In this document: positions 37,812 to 47,577 of the stretch, in pieces
How the letters are laid out: the number at the start of each line of letters is the position of its first letter
Numbering within the stretch: the first letter of the stretch is position 1
From: a bacterium
GTDB lineage: Bacteria > Patescibacteriota > Minisyncoccia > 2-02-FULL-40-12 > IGHO2-01-FULL-4-A
Reading direction: 5' to 3'
Length of the DNA stretch: 64,000 bases
NCBI GenBank assembly: GCA_030698885.1
Contig: JAUYLN010000020.1
Span: forward strand, 7,346-71,345
Notes under the pieces: model-generated
What the model saw: only the letters and a program-made list of their open reading frames with translations
What the model was told of the DNA's origin: nothing
Database searches by the model: none
Translations under genes and position numbers: made by a program

Positions 37812-38546
37812 ATGAAAGGAATAATACTTGCCGGAGGTCACGGTACCCGCCTATATCCGTTAACTCGTATCACATCAAAGCAGTTATTGCCGATATATGA
37901 CAGGCCGATGATATTTTATCCGCTACAGGTTCTGTTAATGGCGGGTATAAAGGAAATTTTGATTATCGTGGCCCCGGAAAGAGCCGGTGATTTTTTGAAT
38001 TTATTGGGTTCCGGTAAGAATTTTGGAGCTAAGTTTACTTATGAGATTCAGGATAAACCTGAAGGAATAGCGCAGGCCTTTATAATCGGCGCTGATTTTA
38101 TTGGAGACGATAGCGTGGCCCTAATCTTAGGAGATAATATTTTTGAAGATGACCTCTCGGAAACTATCAGGAATTTTAAAAAGGGCGGCAAAATTTTTAT
38201 TAGAGAAGTTAGTGATCCTGAGAGATTCGGAGTGGTTAAACTTGATAAGCTCGGGAAGCCTCAGAGGATTATTGAAAAACCTAAAAAATTTATTTCTAGC
38301 TATGCGATTACCGGTCTTTATGTTTTTGATAATAGGGTTGTGAAGATTGCGGAAAACCTGAAACCATCTAAGAGGGGCGAACTGGAGATAACAGATATAC
38401 AAGCGCGGTATCTGAAGATGGGTGAGTTAACGGTCCATACCATCAGAGGAGAGTGGATTGATACGGGCACATTTGACTCTTTGCTGAAGGCTTCAAATTG
38501 GGCCCGGCGACAAGCTAAAAGCAAAGCATCCGGCAGGCCTATATAG
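37812..38546 (+). CDS. rfbA: Glucose-1-phosphate thymidylyltransferase (short form)
   Basis: GIILAGGHGTRLYP, KQLLPIYD, RGELEITD, WIDTGT. Confidence 0.95.
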   Translation: MKGIILAGGHGTRLYPLTRITSKQLLPIYDRPMIFYPLQVLLMAGIKEILIIVAPERAGDFLNLLGSGKNFGAKFTYEIQDKPEGIAQAFIIGADFIGDDSVALILGDNIFEDDLSETIRNFKKGGKIFIREVSDPERFGVVKLDKLGKPQRIIEKPKKFISSYAITGLYVFDNRVVKIAENLKPSKRGELEITDIQARYLKMGELTVHTIRGEWIDTGTFDSLLKASNWARRQAKSKASGRPI

Positions 38547-38562
38547 GCCCAAAATAGATCAT

Positions 38563-38591
38563 TTGACCCGCTTCCCGCCTTCTGCTATTAT
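38563..38591 (+). promoter_or_regulatory. Promoter of the rpsL operon
   Basis: TTGACC-17 bp-TATTAT with TG extension. Confidence 0.6.
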
Positions 38592-38624
38592 GTAGACAGG
38601 CTTAGGGCCTTTATTTTATTCTTA

Positions 38625-38706
38625 GTCTACCAATTACGAATTTTGTACTAATATACTAATAGAATTTAAATTCGTATATTAGTGATTTAATTAGTAATTA
38701 GTAGAT
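38625..38706. repeat. Family-A hairpin in the rpsL 5' leader
   Basis: GTCTAC...GTAGAT, 3 nt before ATG. Confidence 0.9.
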
Positions 38707-38709
38707 AAT

Positions 38710-39120
38710 ATGCCGACTTTTAACCAATTAATGAAACACCCAAGAAGGGTAGCAAAAGCGAAGGATACTTCGCCTGCTTTGTCATTTAGCTTCAACACCA
38801 TACACAACAGACCGACATACAGTCCGGCTCCGTTTAAAAGAGGAGTCGTAACTCAGGTTAGAACTGTAACTCCGAAAAAGCCTAACTCCGCCTTGAGAAA
38901 AGTTGCCCGTATAAGGCTGACAAACGGTATGGAAGTAACAGCGTATATTCCGGGCGAAGGCCACAATATTCAGGAACATGCTGTAGTGATGATAAGAGGC
39001 GGAAGAGTAAAGGATTTGCCGGGTGTCAGGTATCACATTGTCCGAGGCAGATTAGATGCTGCCGGAGTTGAGAAGCGAAGGCAACAGCGTTCTAAGTACG
39101 GCGCCAAGCGCCCCAAATAA
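38710..39120 (+). CDS. rpsL: 30S ribosomal protein S12
   Basis: [23 protein letters not shown]. Confidence 0.99.
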   Translation: MPTFNQLMKHPRRVAKAKDTSPALSFSFNTIHNRPTYSPAPFKRGVVTQVRTVTPKKPNSALRKVARIRLTNGMEVTAYIPGEGHNIQEHAVVMIRGGRVKDLPGVRYHIVRGRLDAAGVEKRRQQRSKYGAKRPK

Positions 39121-39201
39121 TCTACCAATTACTAATCGGGTACTAATGTACGAATAAAATCAGGATTAGTATATTAGTGATTTAATTAGTAATTAGTAGA
39201 T
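39120..39201. repeat. Family-A junction hairpin (rpsL/rpsG)
   Basis: ATCTAC...GTAGAT. Confidence 0.9.
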
Positions 39202-39206
39202 AATAT

Positions 39207-39674
39207 ATGCGACGTCCAATCAAAAAAAGAGCAGAAGCAGAGCCGGATGCAAAATATTCATCACCATTGGTGGTGCGTCTTATCAACCAGGTAATGAAAA
39301 AAGGCAAAAAGTCTATTGCTCAAAAAATAGTTTATAGCGCCATGGAAAAACTTGAAAGGCAAAGTAAAAAACCTGCCCTTGAGGCGTTGGTAGAGGCGCT
39401 AGATAATGCCGGTCCCCAGGTTGAGCTAAGGTCGCGAAGAGTCGGCGGAGCCAATTATCAGGTTCCTCATGAGGTCCGAGGAGACAGAAAAGTTACTTTA
39501 GCTTTGCGCTGGATATTGATTGCAGCCAGAAGCCAGAAAGGCAAACCCATGGATGAAAGACTGGCTGAAGAGTTAAATAATGCCATAAACAATACCGGAC
39601 TAGCCATTAAGAAGAAATTAGATACACACAAGATGGCGGATGCTAATAAGGCATTTGCCCATTTCTCTTGGTAA
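39207..39674 (+). CDS. rpsG: 30S ribosomal protein S7
   Basis: [23 protein letters not shown]. Confidence 0.98.
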   Translation: MRRPIKKRAEAEPDAKYSSPLVVRLINQVMKKGKKSIAQKIVYSAMEKLERQSKKPALEALVEALDNAGPQVELRSRRVGGANYQVPHEVRGDRKVTLALRWILIAARSQKGKPMDERLAEELNNAINNTGLAIKKKLDTHKMADANKAFAHFSW

Positions 39675-39675
39675 T

Positions 39676-41787
39676 ATGGAACGAGATTATCCGATTGAAA
39701 AAATTAGGAACATAGGAATTATCGCCCACATAGACGCCGGAAAGACTACGGTTTCCGAGCGTGTTTTATTTTACACAGGCCTTTCTTACAAAATAGGAGA
39801 GGTGCATGAGGGCGCGGCCGTAATGGACTGGATGGAACAGGAAAGAGAGCGCGGTATTACCATTACCTCTGCCGCCGTTACTACTTACTGGATACCGACC
39901 TATGCGAATCATAATAAAGAATTTGAACGCAGGATAAATATCATTGATACTCCCGGCCACGTGGATTTTACGGTTGAAGTAGAGCGCTCGCTTCGTGTTC
40001 TGGATGGTGGAGTAGTTGTGTTTGACGGAGTCGCCGGCGTTGAGCCCCAATCCGAGACTGTTTGGCGTCAGGCCGAAAAATATCATGTACCAAGAATGTG
40101 TTTTATAAATAAGCTTGACCGCATGGGAGCTTCCTTTGAGCGTTCTTACCGTTCAATACTTGAAAGACTCACGCCGAATGCCATTCGCATGCAGATACCG
40201 GACGGCGAGGAAGATAAGTTTATGGGAGTAGTTAATCTGCTTGAAATGAAATATTTTAAATTTGAAGGCGCTCACGGAGAAAGTGTTGTTGAGGCGGATA
40301 TTCCATCCGAGGAACTTAAAACAAGAGCCCAGGAGTTAAGGGCCGAGCTTATTGAAAAAATAGTTGAGAATGATGATAAGGCTATGGCTGATTATCTTGA
40401 AGGCAGGGAAGTCCCGGTTGACGAGCTTAAAAAAATACTTCGCAAAGCAGTTCTGGGCAACAAACTAGTACCGGTTTTTGCCGGCTCTGCCTTAAAAAAT
40501 AGAGGGGTTCAATTCATGCTGGATGGCGTGGTTGATTATCTCCCGTCGCCCTTGGATGTGCCTGCTGTAACCGGCACCGATCCGAAAACTGATGAGAAAA
40601 TAACAAGAGAAGCCAAAGACGAAGAGCCATTTGCCGCACTGGCTTTCAAGATTGCCACAGATCCATTCGTCGGTCAGCTGACATTCTTCAGGGTATACTC
40701 AGGCCAGCTGTCGGCGGGTTCTTACGCCTTAAACAGTACATCGCGAAATCAGGAAAGAATCGGCAGAATAGTCAGAATGAAATCTAATGACAGGGAAGAA
40801 ATAAAAGAAGTATTTGCCGGAGGCATTGCTGCCGCGGTGGGCCTTAAAGGCACCAAAACTGGCGATACATTATGTGATCCGGAGCATCCTATAATTCTTG
40901 AAAATATTGTTTTTCCGGAGCCTGTCATATCTCTTCGTATTGAGCCAAAAAGTAAAGCTGACCAGGAAAAAATGGGCATGGCTTTAAGCAAGCTTGTAAT
41001 GGAAGACCCAACTTTTAGGGTTAAGGGCGACATAGAAACAGGAGAAACTATAATCAGCGGAATGGGCGAGCTTCATTTGGATATTTTGGTGGACAGAATG
41101 AAAAGGGAGTTTAAGGTGGAAGCTAATATCGGCAGGCCACAAGTCGCGTATAAAGAAACTATCAAAAGCAATGCCGAAGCCGAAGGTAAATATATTAAAC
41201 AATCCGGCGGACGCGGTCAGTATGGACATGTCAGGATGAGAATTGAACCGCTTGAGCGTGGCAAGGGATTTGAGTTTGTAAATGCTATAAAAGGAGGCGC
41301 GATTCCGCAAGAATTTATCCCGGCTGTTGAAAAGGGTGCTCACGAAGCTGTGGATAAGGGCGTTATCGCGGGATTTCCGCTGGTTGACGTGAAAGCCACG
41401 GTTTATGACGGTTCCTATCACGAAGTTGATTCATCTGAAGTAGCTTTCAAGATTGCAGCTTCAATGGCTCTGCAGGAAGCCGCAAAGCGTGCCAAGCCTA
41501 TTTTGCTTGAGCCTGTTATGAAGGTAGAAGTAATCATGCCTGATGAATTCATGGGCGAAATAACCGGTGATTTAAGTTCCCGCAGAGGCAGGATAGAACA
41601 GATGGGCGACCGCTCGCCGCTTAATCTAAAAGTTATTGATGCTAAAGTTCCGCTTTCCGGCATGTTCGGTTATGCCACAACCTTGCGTTCACTCACTCAG
41701 GGCAGGGGAACATATACGATGGAGTTTGATAATTATGAAGAAGTTCCCGCTAATGTTGCTGCTCAAGTAACAGAAGGAAAGAAATAG
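39676..41787 (+). CDS. fusA: Elongation factor G
   Basis: [40 protein letters not shown]. Confidence 0.99.
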   Translation: MERDYPIEKIRNIGIIAHIDAGKTTVSERVLFYTGLSYKIGEVHEGAAVMDWMEQERERGITITSAAVTTYWIPTYANHNKEFERRINIIDTPGHVDFTVEVERSLRVLDGGVVVFDGVAGVEPQSETVWRQAEKYHVPRMCFINKLDRMGASFERSYRSILERLTPNAIRMQIPDGEEDKFMGVVNLLEMKYFKFEGAHGESVVEADIPSEELKTRAQELRAELIEKIVENDDKAMADYLEGREVPVDELKKILRKAVLGNKLVPVFAGSALKNRGVQFMLDGVVDYLPSPLDVPAVTGTDPKTDEKITREAKDEEPFAALAFKIATDPFVGQLTFFRVYSGQLSAGSYALNSTSRNQERIGRIVRMKSNDREEIKEVFAGGIAAAVGLKGTKTGDTLCDPEHPIILENIVFPEPVISLRIEPKSKADQEKMGMALSKLVMEDPTFRVKGDIETGETIISGMGELHLDILVDRMKREFKVEANIGRPQVAYKETIKSNAEAEGKYIKQSGGRGQYGHVRMRIEPLERGKGFEFVNAIKGGAIPQEFIPAVEKGAHEAVDKGVIAGFPLVDVKATVYDGSYHEVDSSEVAFKIAASMALQEAAKRAKPILLEPVMKVEVIMPDEFMGEITGDLSSRRGRIEQMGDRSPLNLKVIDAKVPLSGMFGYATTLRSLTQGRGTYTMEFDNYEEVPANVAAQVTEGKK

Positions 41788-41795
41788 TCGCTCGT

Positions 41796-41898
41796 GCATA
41801 CTATCAACTTTTAAAGGTACGACACATCCGCCTGCTGGCGGATTGTCTTTTGTTCGCGCCGTCGCGCTCCACAGAACCTTTAAAAATTAATAGTATGC
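41796..41898. repeat. Palindromic element with core shared with 12453-12559
   Basis: gcatacta...tagtatgc enclosing ggtacgaca-tccgcctgctggcgga-ttgtct. Confidence 0.7.
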
Positions 41899-42165
41899 CA
41901 CTCGCTTGGGGTGGAGGGATAAAATTACAATTTATTTACAACCGCTCGCTCAAATAAATTAAAAACTATGGCTGGCCTCGCTTGGGCTGGGTAAGGCCTT
42001 ATACTGATTTTGCTATTTGCCCGCCTAAATTTTCACAAGGAAAGTTTGGCGGGCCTTTTGTTTTTTATAACTAGTTTATACAAAGGGCATCTTTGTAATT
42101 ACAAAGATGCCCTTTGTTGTGCCTGATACTGGATACTTAATACTTAATACGATATAATAATTTTA

Positions 42166-42882
42166 ATGAGACTATCCATAATAATTCCCGCTTACAATGA
42201 ATCAAAAAGAATTGAGAAGACGCTTCTTAGCGTCCATGAGTATTTATCCAAGCAAGATTATGAGTACGAGATATTAGTAGTGAATGATGGCTCAAAAGAT
42301 AATACAGCTGAGGTAGTTAAAAATCTTGAATCGCAGGTCAGGGGTTTAAAACTTATAGATAATAAAGAAAATCACGGCAAGGGCTGGGCGGTAAAACAGG
42401 GGATGCTTCAAGCAAAAGGCGAGGCGAGATTATTTATGGATGCTGATAACTCTACAACCGTTGACCAGGTTGCCGGTTTTTTGCCGTTTTTCGGGGAAGG
42501 ATTTGATATTGTTATCGGTTCCCGCCGGATTAAGGGCTCTGATATTGCGGTGCATCAGCCGTGGTTCAGGGATTTTCTCGGCGGAGCATTCAGACTTATA
42601 GTCCACATTTTGGTTCCGCTGGGAGTTACTGACTCTCAGGCGGGATTTAAAGTATTTTCGGCCAAAGCTACGGAGGCGATATTTCCAAGGCAGACAATAT
42701 TTCGCTGGGCGTTTGATGTTGAAATTTTGGCAATTGCCCGTAAAATGAAGTTTAAGATAAAAGAAGCACCGATAAAGTGGGTTAATGACACTGAAAGTAA
42801 GGTTAAACTGTCGGGCATGATAAAAATGTTGTTTGAAGTTATTCAGGTAAGATTGAATTTGTGGGGCGGGAAATATAAGTAA
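42166..42882 (+). CDS. Glycosyltransferase family 2 (dolichyl-phosphate glucosyltransferase-like)
   Basis: SIIIPAYNE, VNDGSKD, FMDAD, DSQAGFK, FDVEIL. Confidence 0.92.
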   Translation: MRLSIIIPAYNESKRIEKTLLSVHEYLSKQDYEYEILVVNDGSKDNTAEVVKNLESQVRGLKLIDNKENHGKGWAVKQGMLQAKGEARLFMDADNSTTVDQVAGFLPFFGEGFDIVIGSRRIKGSDIAVHQPWFRDFLGGAFRLIVHILVPLGVTDSQAGFKVFSAKATEAIFPRQTIFRWAFDVEILAIARKMKFKIKEAPIKWVNDTESKVKLSGMIKMLFEVIQVRLNLWGGKYK

Positions 42883-42964
42883 TCTACTAATTACTAATAA
42901 AATCACTAATATACGAATAAGATTAAAATTTAGTATATTCGTATCAGATTAGTAATTGGTAGAT
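42882..42964. repeat. Family-A junction hairpin (GT2/galT)
   Basis: ATCTAC...GTAGAT. Confidence 0.9.
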
Positions 42965-42969
42965 GATTC

Positions 42970-43971
42970 ATGAATGAATTCCGACAAGATATAGTTTCCG
43001 GGGAGTGGGTGCTTTTTGCGCCTGATCGTGCTAAGCGTGGCATCAGGGTTTTGCAATGCGAAGAATTGAACAGAGATAAAGAAAAATGCCCCTTTGAAGA
43101 TTTAGAAGGTAACGGCAATACGGTTCTTAAAACATACGACTGGGACGGTTGGGACGGTTGGTTTGCAAAGGTTATAAATAATAAATATCCCGCTGTTGCG
43201 AGAAACTGTATTGACGAAGAGGCGGAAATTAAAAAAATTGGCCCCTTCAGAAGCACCGAGGCCCGGGGTGCGCACGAGGTAATAGTTTACGGCAATCACG
43301 ACAAACTGATGATGGAGTTTGATGAGAAAGAAATGGCCCAAGTATTCAGGATATATAAAGACCGTTATGAAGTTATAACCAAAGAATGTGCCAGTGAATT
43401 TATTCTGATATTTAATAATCACGGTTCAAAAGCCGGAGGCTCCCTATATCATCCCCATTCACAGATAATATCAACCCCCGTTATGCCACCGGATGTTGAA
43501 GCGAGCGTTAAGGGTTCGGAAAGATATTATATGGAATATAAGGAGAAGGTTTATGATGCCATGATTAGGTACGAGATGCAGGAGGGTAAGAGAATAATAG
43601 CGGAAAATGATGATTTTGTGGCATTCTGTCCTTTTGCTTCCAAGACTCCTTACGAGATGAGGGTTTTTCCAAAAGAGGATGGCGCGCACTTCAATGATAT
43701 ATCTGAAAATAATATCATTAATCTGGGCGATATAGTCAGTAAGATACTAAAAAAAATGGATAAAGTTTTAAAGAGGCCGGACTATAATTTTTTCATTCAC
43801 ACTTCGCCCTTGCATCGCCGCTGGGAAAAGCCCGAATATTTTTATACATGGCATATAGAGATATTGCCCAAGATATCTTTAGTCGGCGGTTTTGAAATAG
43901 GTAGTGGCATTTATGTGAATGTCATTGATCCGGATGATGCCGCAAGGCAGATGCGAGACGCTGAAATATAA
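42970..43971 (+). CDS. galT: Galactose-1-phosphate uridylyltransferase family protein
   Basis: CPF, NKYPA, GAHEVI, GGSLYHPHSQ, WHIEILP, GFEIGSG. Confidence 0.9.
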   Translation: MNEFRQDIVSGEWVLFAPDRAKRGIRVLQCEELNRDKEKCPFEDLEGNGNTVLKTYDWDGWDGWFAKVINNKYPAVARNCIDEEAEIKKIGPFRSTEARGAHEVIVYGNHDKLMMEFDEKEMAQVFRIYKDRYEVITKECASEFILIFNNHGSKAGGSLYHPHSQIISTPVMPPDVEASVKGSERYYMEYKEKVYDAMIRYEMQEGKRIIAENDDFVAFCPFASKTPYEMRVFPKEDGAHFNDISENNIINLGDIVSKILKKMDKVLKRPDYNFFIHTSPLHRRWEKPEYFYTWHIEILPKISLVGGFEIGSGIYVNVIDPDDAARQMRDAEI

Positions 43972-44033
43972 TCTACTAATTACTCGTATGTTCCTTATTA
44001 GTATATTGGTGATTTTATTGGTAATTAGTAGAT
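43971..44033. repeat. Family-A junction hairpin with truncated left arm (galT/tpiA)
   Basis: ATCTAC...GTAGAT. Confidence 0.85.
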
Positions 44034-44037
44034 TTAC

Positions 44038-44799
44038 ATGAAAAAACTAATCATCGCAAACTGGAAAGATAACCCTGCAACCGCCAAAGAGGCGGAAGAG
44101 CTTTTTTATTTTTACTATGATGCCTATTCGGAATTAAGAGATAAGATAGACCTAGTCGTTTGCCCGCCAGCAGTCTATATTCAGGAGTTGGCTGCAATAT
44201 CAAAGAGCATGCCTCTGGGCGCCCAGGATGTGTCCTGGGAGAGTTCGGTGGGTCCTCATACCGGAGAAATTACTGCTGATGTTTTGAAAAATTTAGGCGT
44301 GGAGTACGTTTTGGTCGGACATTCAGAGCGCAGATACGGCATAGGCGAGAGCGATGAGGTTATAAGCAAAAAACTAAAGGCAGCCCTTTCTGCCGGATTA
44401 ACCCCGGTGCTTATCGTAGGAGAAAGGAATAATCAGGATGACCGTAAAAAAATAATTGAAGAGCAGTTAGCGATTGACCTGGATGCCCTGGATCCGGAAA
44501 GCGTATCAAAGATTATTCTGGCTTATGAGCCGGTGTGGGCTATCAGTACAAGCCAAGATGGTCATCCGGACACACCCCAAAACGCATTTGATGCACTTGG
44601 CGAAATTAAGAATTTCGTCTTTGAAACTTACCGGGTCAGGCCGGATGCGTATAGGTCCGTTTATGGCGGAAGCATTACCGAAGGCAATGTAGCTGCTTTT
44701 CTGGGTCATGATGAAATAAATGGCGCCCTGATAGGAGGAGCAAGCCTTCGCAAAGAAGAGTTCTCCAGTATTTTAAAGATAGTCAGCGAGCTTAAATGA
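44038..44799 (+). CDS. tpiA: Triosephosphate isomerase
   Basis: ANWK, GHSERR, AYEPVWAI, YGGS, LIGGASL. Confidence 0.97.
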   Translation: MKKLIIANWKDNPATAKEAEELFYFYYDAYSELRDKIDLVVCPPAVYIQELAAISKSMPLGAQDVSWESSVGPHTGEITADVLKNLGVEYVLVGHSERRYGIGESDEVISKKLKAALSAGLTPVLIVGERNNQDDRKKIIEEQLAIDLDALDPESVSKIILAYEPVWAISTSQDGHPDTPQNAFDALGEIKNFVFETYRVRPDAYRSVYGGSITEGNVAAFLGHDEINGALIGGASLRKEEFSSILKIVSELK

Positions 44800-45923
44800 T
44801 AAAATACATTGATGAATTAAGGGAGGACGAGCTAAAAGATAAAAAAGTTCTGTTGCGGACGGATTTTGATGTCCCTTTCGTGAATGGCCGGATTCAGGAA
44901 GATTTCCGCATTAAAGCCCAAAAAGAAACCATTGATTATCTTATCGGTCTGGGAGCAAAAGTGGTTATGGTTGCTCATATTTCTGCCATCGATTCTTTTG
45001 AAGAGCTTGTTCCCCAGCTTCGTATAATACTAGGTCGCGAATTTGGATTTATAAAAAAGTTAGAGCAATTAGGTCAATTAGAGCAATTAGGTCAATTGAT
45101 TTTGTTAGATAACATCCGCCAGGATTCCCGCGAAGAGAAAAATAACGAGGGGTTTGCCCAAGAGCTATCTGAGGGTTTTGATATTTATGTAAATAATGCT
45201 TTTGCCGTTTCTCATCGTAACCATGCTTCGGTTTCGGCCGTTACCAAAAAACTGCCAGCATATGGCGGATTATTGATAAAAAAAGAGATAGCAGGCTTAT
45301 CCCGTGCCATTGATTGTCCGGCCGAAGGCAAGATATTAGTTCTAGGCGGAGCCAAGATATCTACCAAAATGCCCGTCATTGCCAATTTTTTTGATAAAGC
45401 CGAGAAGATATTGGTCGGAGGGGCAATAGCAAACAATTTTTTTAAAGTTCTGGGAATTGATGTAGGCTCTTCATTAGTTGATAATAATGTTTCTGTAAAT
45501 ATTAAAAGCGAAAAGGTAATCTTGCCGGAAGATATATTGATAGCTGACAAAAAAACCAACGAGATGGAGGATGGCGCCAGTTCGCTCAAGAATGTTAAGG
45601 AGGGCTATTTCATAGCTGACATTGGGCCTAAAAGCGTTCAAAAATTTTGCGAGATAATAAAAGGGGCTAAGATGGTCATCTGGAATGGCCCGATGGGATA
45701 TGCTGAAATAGAAAAGTTTTCACACGCTACCCATATGATAGCCAAGGCTGTTGCTGATTCCGAAGCGGAAAGCATTGTCGGGGGAGGCGATACAGTGGCA
45801 TTAGTCAGAGAATTGAATATAATGGATAAGTTCAGCTATGTTTCAACCGGTGGCGGGGCGATGCTGGAGTTTCTGACTGGAAACAAACTGCCGGGACTTG
45901 AAGTGTTGGGATACTATAATTAA
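44796..45923 (+). CDS. pgk: Phosphoglycerate kinase
   Basis: LGGAK, DIGP, WNGPMG, GGGDT, STGGGA. Confidence 0.96.
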   Translation: MIKYIDELREDELKDKKVLLRTDFDVPFVNGRIQEDFRIKAQKETIDYLIGLGAKVVMVAHISAIDSFEELVPQLRIILGREFGFIKKLEQLGQLEQLGQLILLDNIRQDSREEKNNEGFAQELSEGFDIYVNNAFAVSHRNHASVSAVTKKLPAYGGLLIKKEIAGLSRAIDCPAEGKILVLGGAKISTKMPVIANFFDKAEKILVGGAIANNFFKVLGIDVGSSLVDNNVSVNIKSEKVILPEDILIADKKTNEMEDGASSLKNVKEGYFIADIGPKSVQKFCEIIKGAKMVIWNGPMGYAEIEKFSHATHMIAKAVADSEAESIVGGGDTVALVRELNIMDKFSYVSTGGGAMLEFLTGNKLPGLEVLGYYN

Positions 45924-45944
45924 TTGACATTGTGTCAATTAATT

Positions 45945-46062
45945 AAAATCCTAAGTCCAAAATCCTAAATTCTAAATAAAATTGAAATTATAAATGGTTT
46001 GAAAATTGGGATTTTAGATATTGGGATTTGTTTAGAAATTAGATATTAGGATTTAGAAATTT
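45945..46062. repeat. Inverted heptamer arms (CCTAAAT/TCTAAAT ... TTAGAAA/TTAGGAT)
   Basis: Both arms present between pgk and rnhA. Confidence 0.75.
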
Positions 46063-46094
46063 GGGGGCAGTATAAATATAAATTATTTTTAAAT

Positions 46095-46553
46095 ATGGTT
46101 AAGGCCGATATAAATAACAAGGAATTATATATAATCCACACTGATGGCGGTTCGCGGGGCAATCCCGGCCCGTCTGCTATTGGCGTGGTCATAGCCGATT
46201 ACGACGGTTCGCTTAAGAAAGAATATTCGGAGTACATAGGCGAAACAACGAATAACGAAGCCGAATACCAGGCCATAATTTTTGCTTTGAAAAAATTAAA
46301 ACAGCTTATCGGTAAGGAAAAAGCTTCAAATGCGAAGCTGGAATTTCATGTGGACAGCGAGCTTGCAGTTAAACAGCTAAACGGTGAATATAAACTGAAT
46401 GATAAAAATATTCAGAGATTTTTTATTGAGATTTGGAATAATAAATTAGATTACGGTGAGGTAACTTTTAAGCATGTGCCCAGAGAAGACAATAAAGAAG
46501 CCGACAAATTGGTAAATGCGGCCTTAGATAAAGAATTAAACAAATTATTTTAA
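46095..46553 (+). CDS. rnhA: Ribonuclease HI family protein
   Basis: TDGGSRGNPG, TNNEAEY, DSEL, HVPREDNKEADKL. Confidence 0.92.
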   Translation: MVKADINNKELYIIHTDGGSRGNPGPSAIGVVIADYDGSLKKEYSEYIGETTNNEAEYQAIIFALKKLKQLIGKEKASNAKLEFHVDSELAVKQLNGEYKLNDKNIQRFFIEIWNNKLDYGEVTFKHVPREDNKEADKLVNAALDKELNKLF

Positions 46554-46556
46554 ATA

Positions 46557-46640
46557 ATCTACCAATTACGAATTAAATCACTAATATACGAATGAGAAGT
46601 CTTGATTAGTATATTGGTATAAAATTAGTAATTAGTAGGC
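46557..46640. repeat. Family-A junction hairpin (rnhA/doxX)
   Basis: ATCTAC...GTAGGC. Confidence 0.88.
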
Positions 46641-46648
46641 ATTGCACT

Positions 46649-47041
46649 ATGTTTAAAAAAGTATTCAGTTGCTCTGATTATAATCTGGCCATGCTTTTGG
46701 GCCGTATCGGAGCGGGCTCGGTTTTTCTAGCCCATGGCTTGCAGAAGTTGGGGAACCTGGACGGCACTTCAATGTTCATGGCCAGTCTTGGTCTGCCTTC
46801 ATTTTTCGGCCCATTTATTATGGCTGTTGAAGTTTTGGGCGGACTTGCCCTTATAGTCGGGGCATTTTCAAGAATCGCCGGCCTTGTTTTGGCCGTGGAT
46901 ATGGCTTTTGCCATTTGCCTGGTCAAATTCTCAAAGGGTTTTATCGGCGGTTATGAGTTTGAGTTGTTGTTATTGCTTGTCGCGCTCGGTATTCATCTGG
47001 CCGGTCCCGGAAAGTATGCTGTCGGTAAAGATTGGTGGTAG
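46649..47041 (+). CDS. DoxX family membrane protein
   Basis: FLAHGLQK, EVLGG, GGYE, GPGKYA. Confidence 0.92.
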   Translation: MFKKVFSCSDYNLAMLLGRIGAGSVFLAHGLQKLGNLDGTSMFMASLGLPSFFGPFIMAVEVLGGLALIVGAFSRIAGLVLAVDMAFAICLVKFSKGFIGGYEFELLLLLVALGIHLAGPGKYAVGKDWW

Positions 47042-47055
47042 ATGTTAATATAGTT

Positions 47056-47087
47056 AAAAACCGTCCCGTCAAACGGGACGGTTTTTT
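47056..47087 (+). terminator. Intrinsic terminator
   Basis: aaaaaccgtcccgt-caa-acgggacggtttttt. Confidence 0.75.
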
Positions 47088-47172
47088 AGTTCGGGCAGAT
47101 TGCTGTTGACAAATATCCGATAGTCCTGCTATATTATTGGTGCTTAGAAAGTTACCTTAACAAGGAGTTGCC

Positions 47173-47577
47173 ATGGGCATGACTAGAAAAACCTTTTTAG
47201 TGGCGATAATTTCAGCTCCGGTCATTGCTATTAAGTCTTTAATGGCACAGCCGTTCTCAATAAATAACTCAAGGAAAATTGGTTCGGTATCCTATATTTC
47301 TAATGAAGATTTTATTGGAAAATATTACAAAGAGCTTGGGTATCCGCCCAAAGGCATGCTCAGGATTATTTGCGGAGATATGGTTAGCTGGCTTATGGTA
47401 TGGGTAAAGGGTGATTATGGAAATCTTGAAAATGCCAAAAAAGCTGCCGACGAATGCTGTTGTTTTGATACTAGCGGCAGCATGTACTGGGCCAGTGTGT
47501 ATGATCACAAGGGTCGTAGAATATATCAAGGGGCAAACAGAAGAAAGGCAAACAGAAGAAATACTAGTTTGGCCTGA
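47173..47577 (+). CDS. Hypothetical secreted protein
   Basis: AGGAG SD, TTGACA promoter at 47106, Tat-like TRKTFL signal. Confidence 0.65.
   Translation: MGMTRKTFLVAIISAPVIAIKSLMAQPFSINNSRKIGSVSYISNEDFIGKYYKELGYPPKGMLRIICGDMVSWLMVWVKGDYGNLENAKKAADECCCFDTSGSMYWASVYDHKGRRIYQGANRRKANRRNTSLA

Noticed and set aside
10266-46640. Family-A hairpins as integron attC sites
   Set aside because: They lack RYYYAAC/GTTRRRY ends, occur in both orientations, flank core genes, and no integrase is in the window
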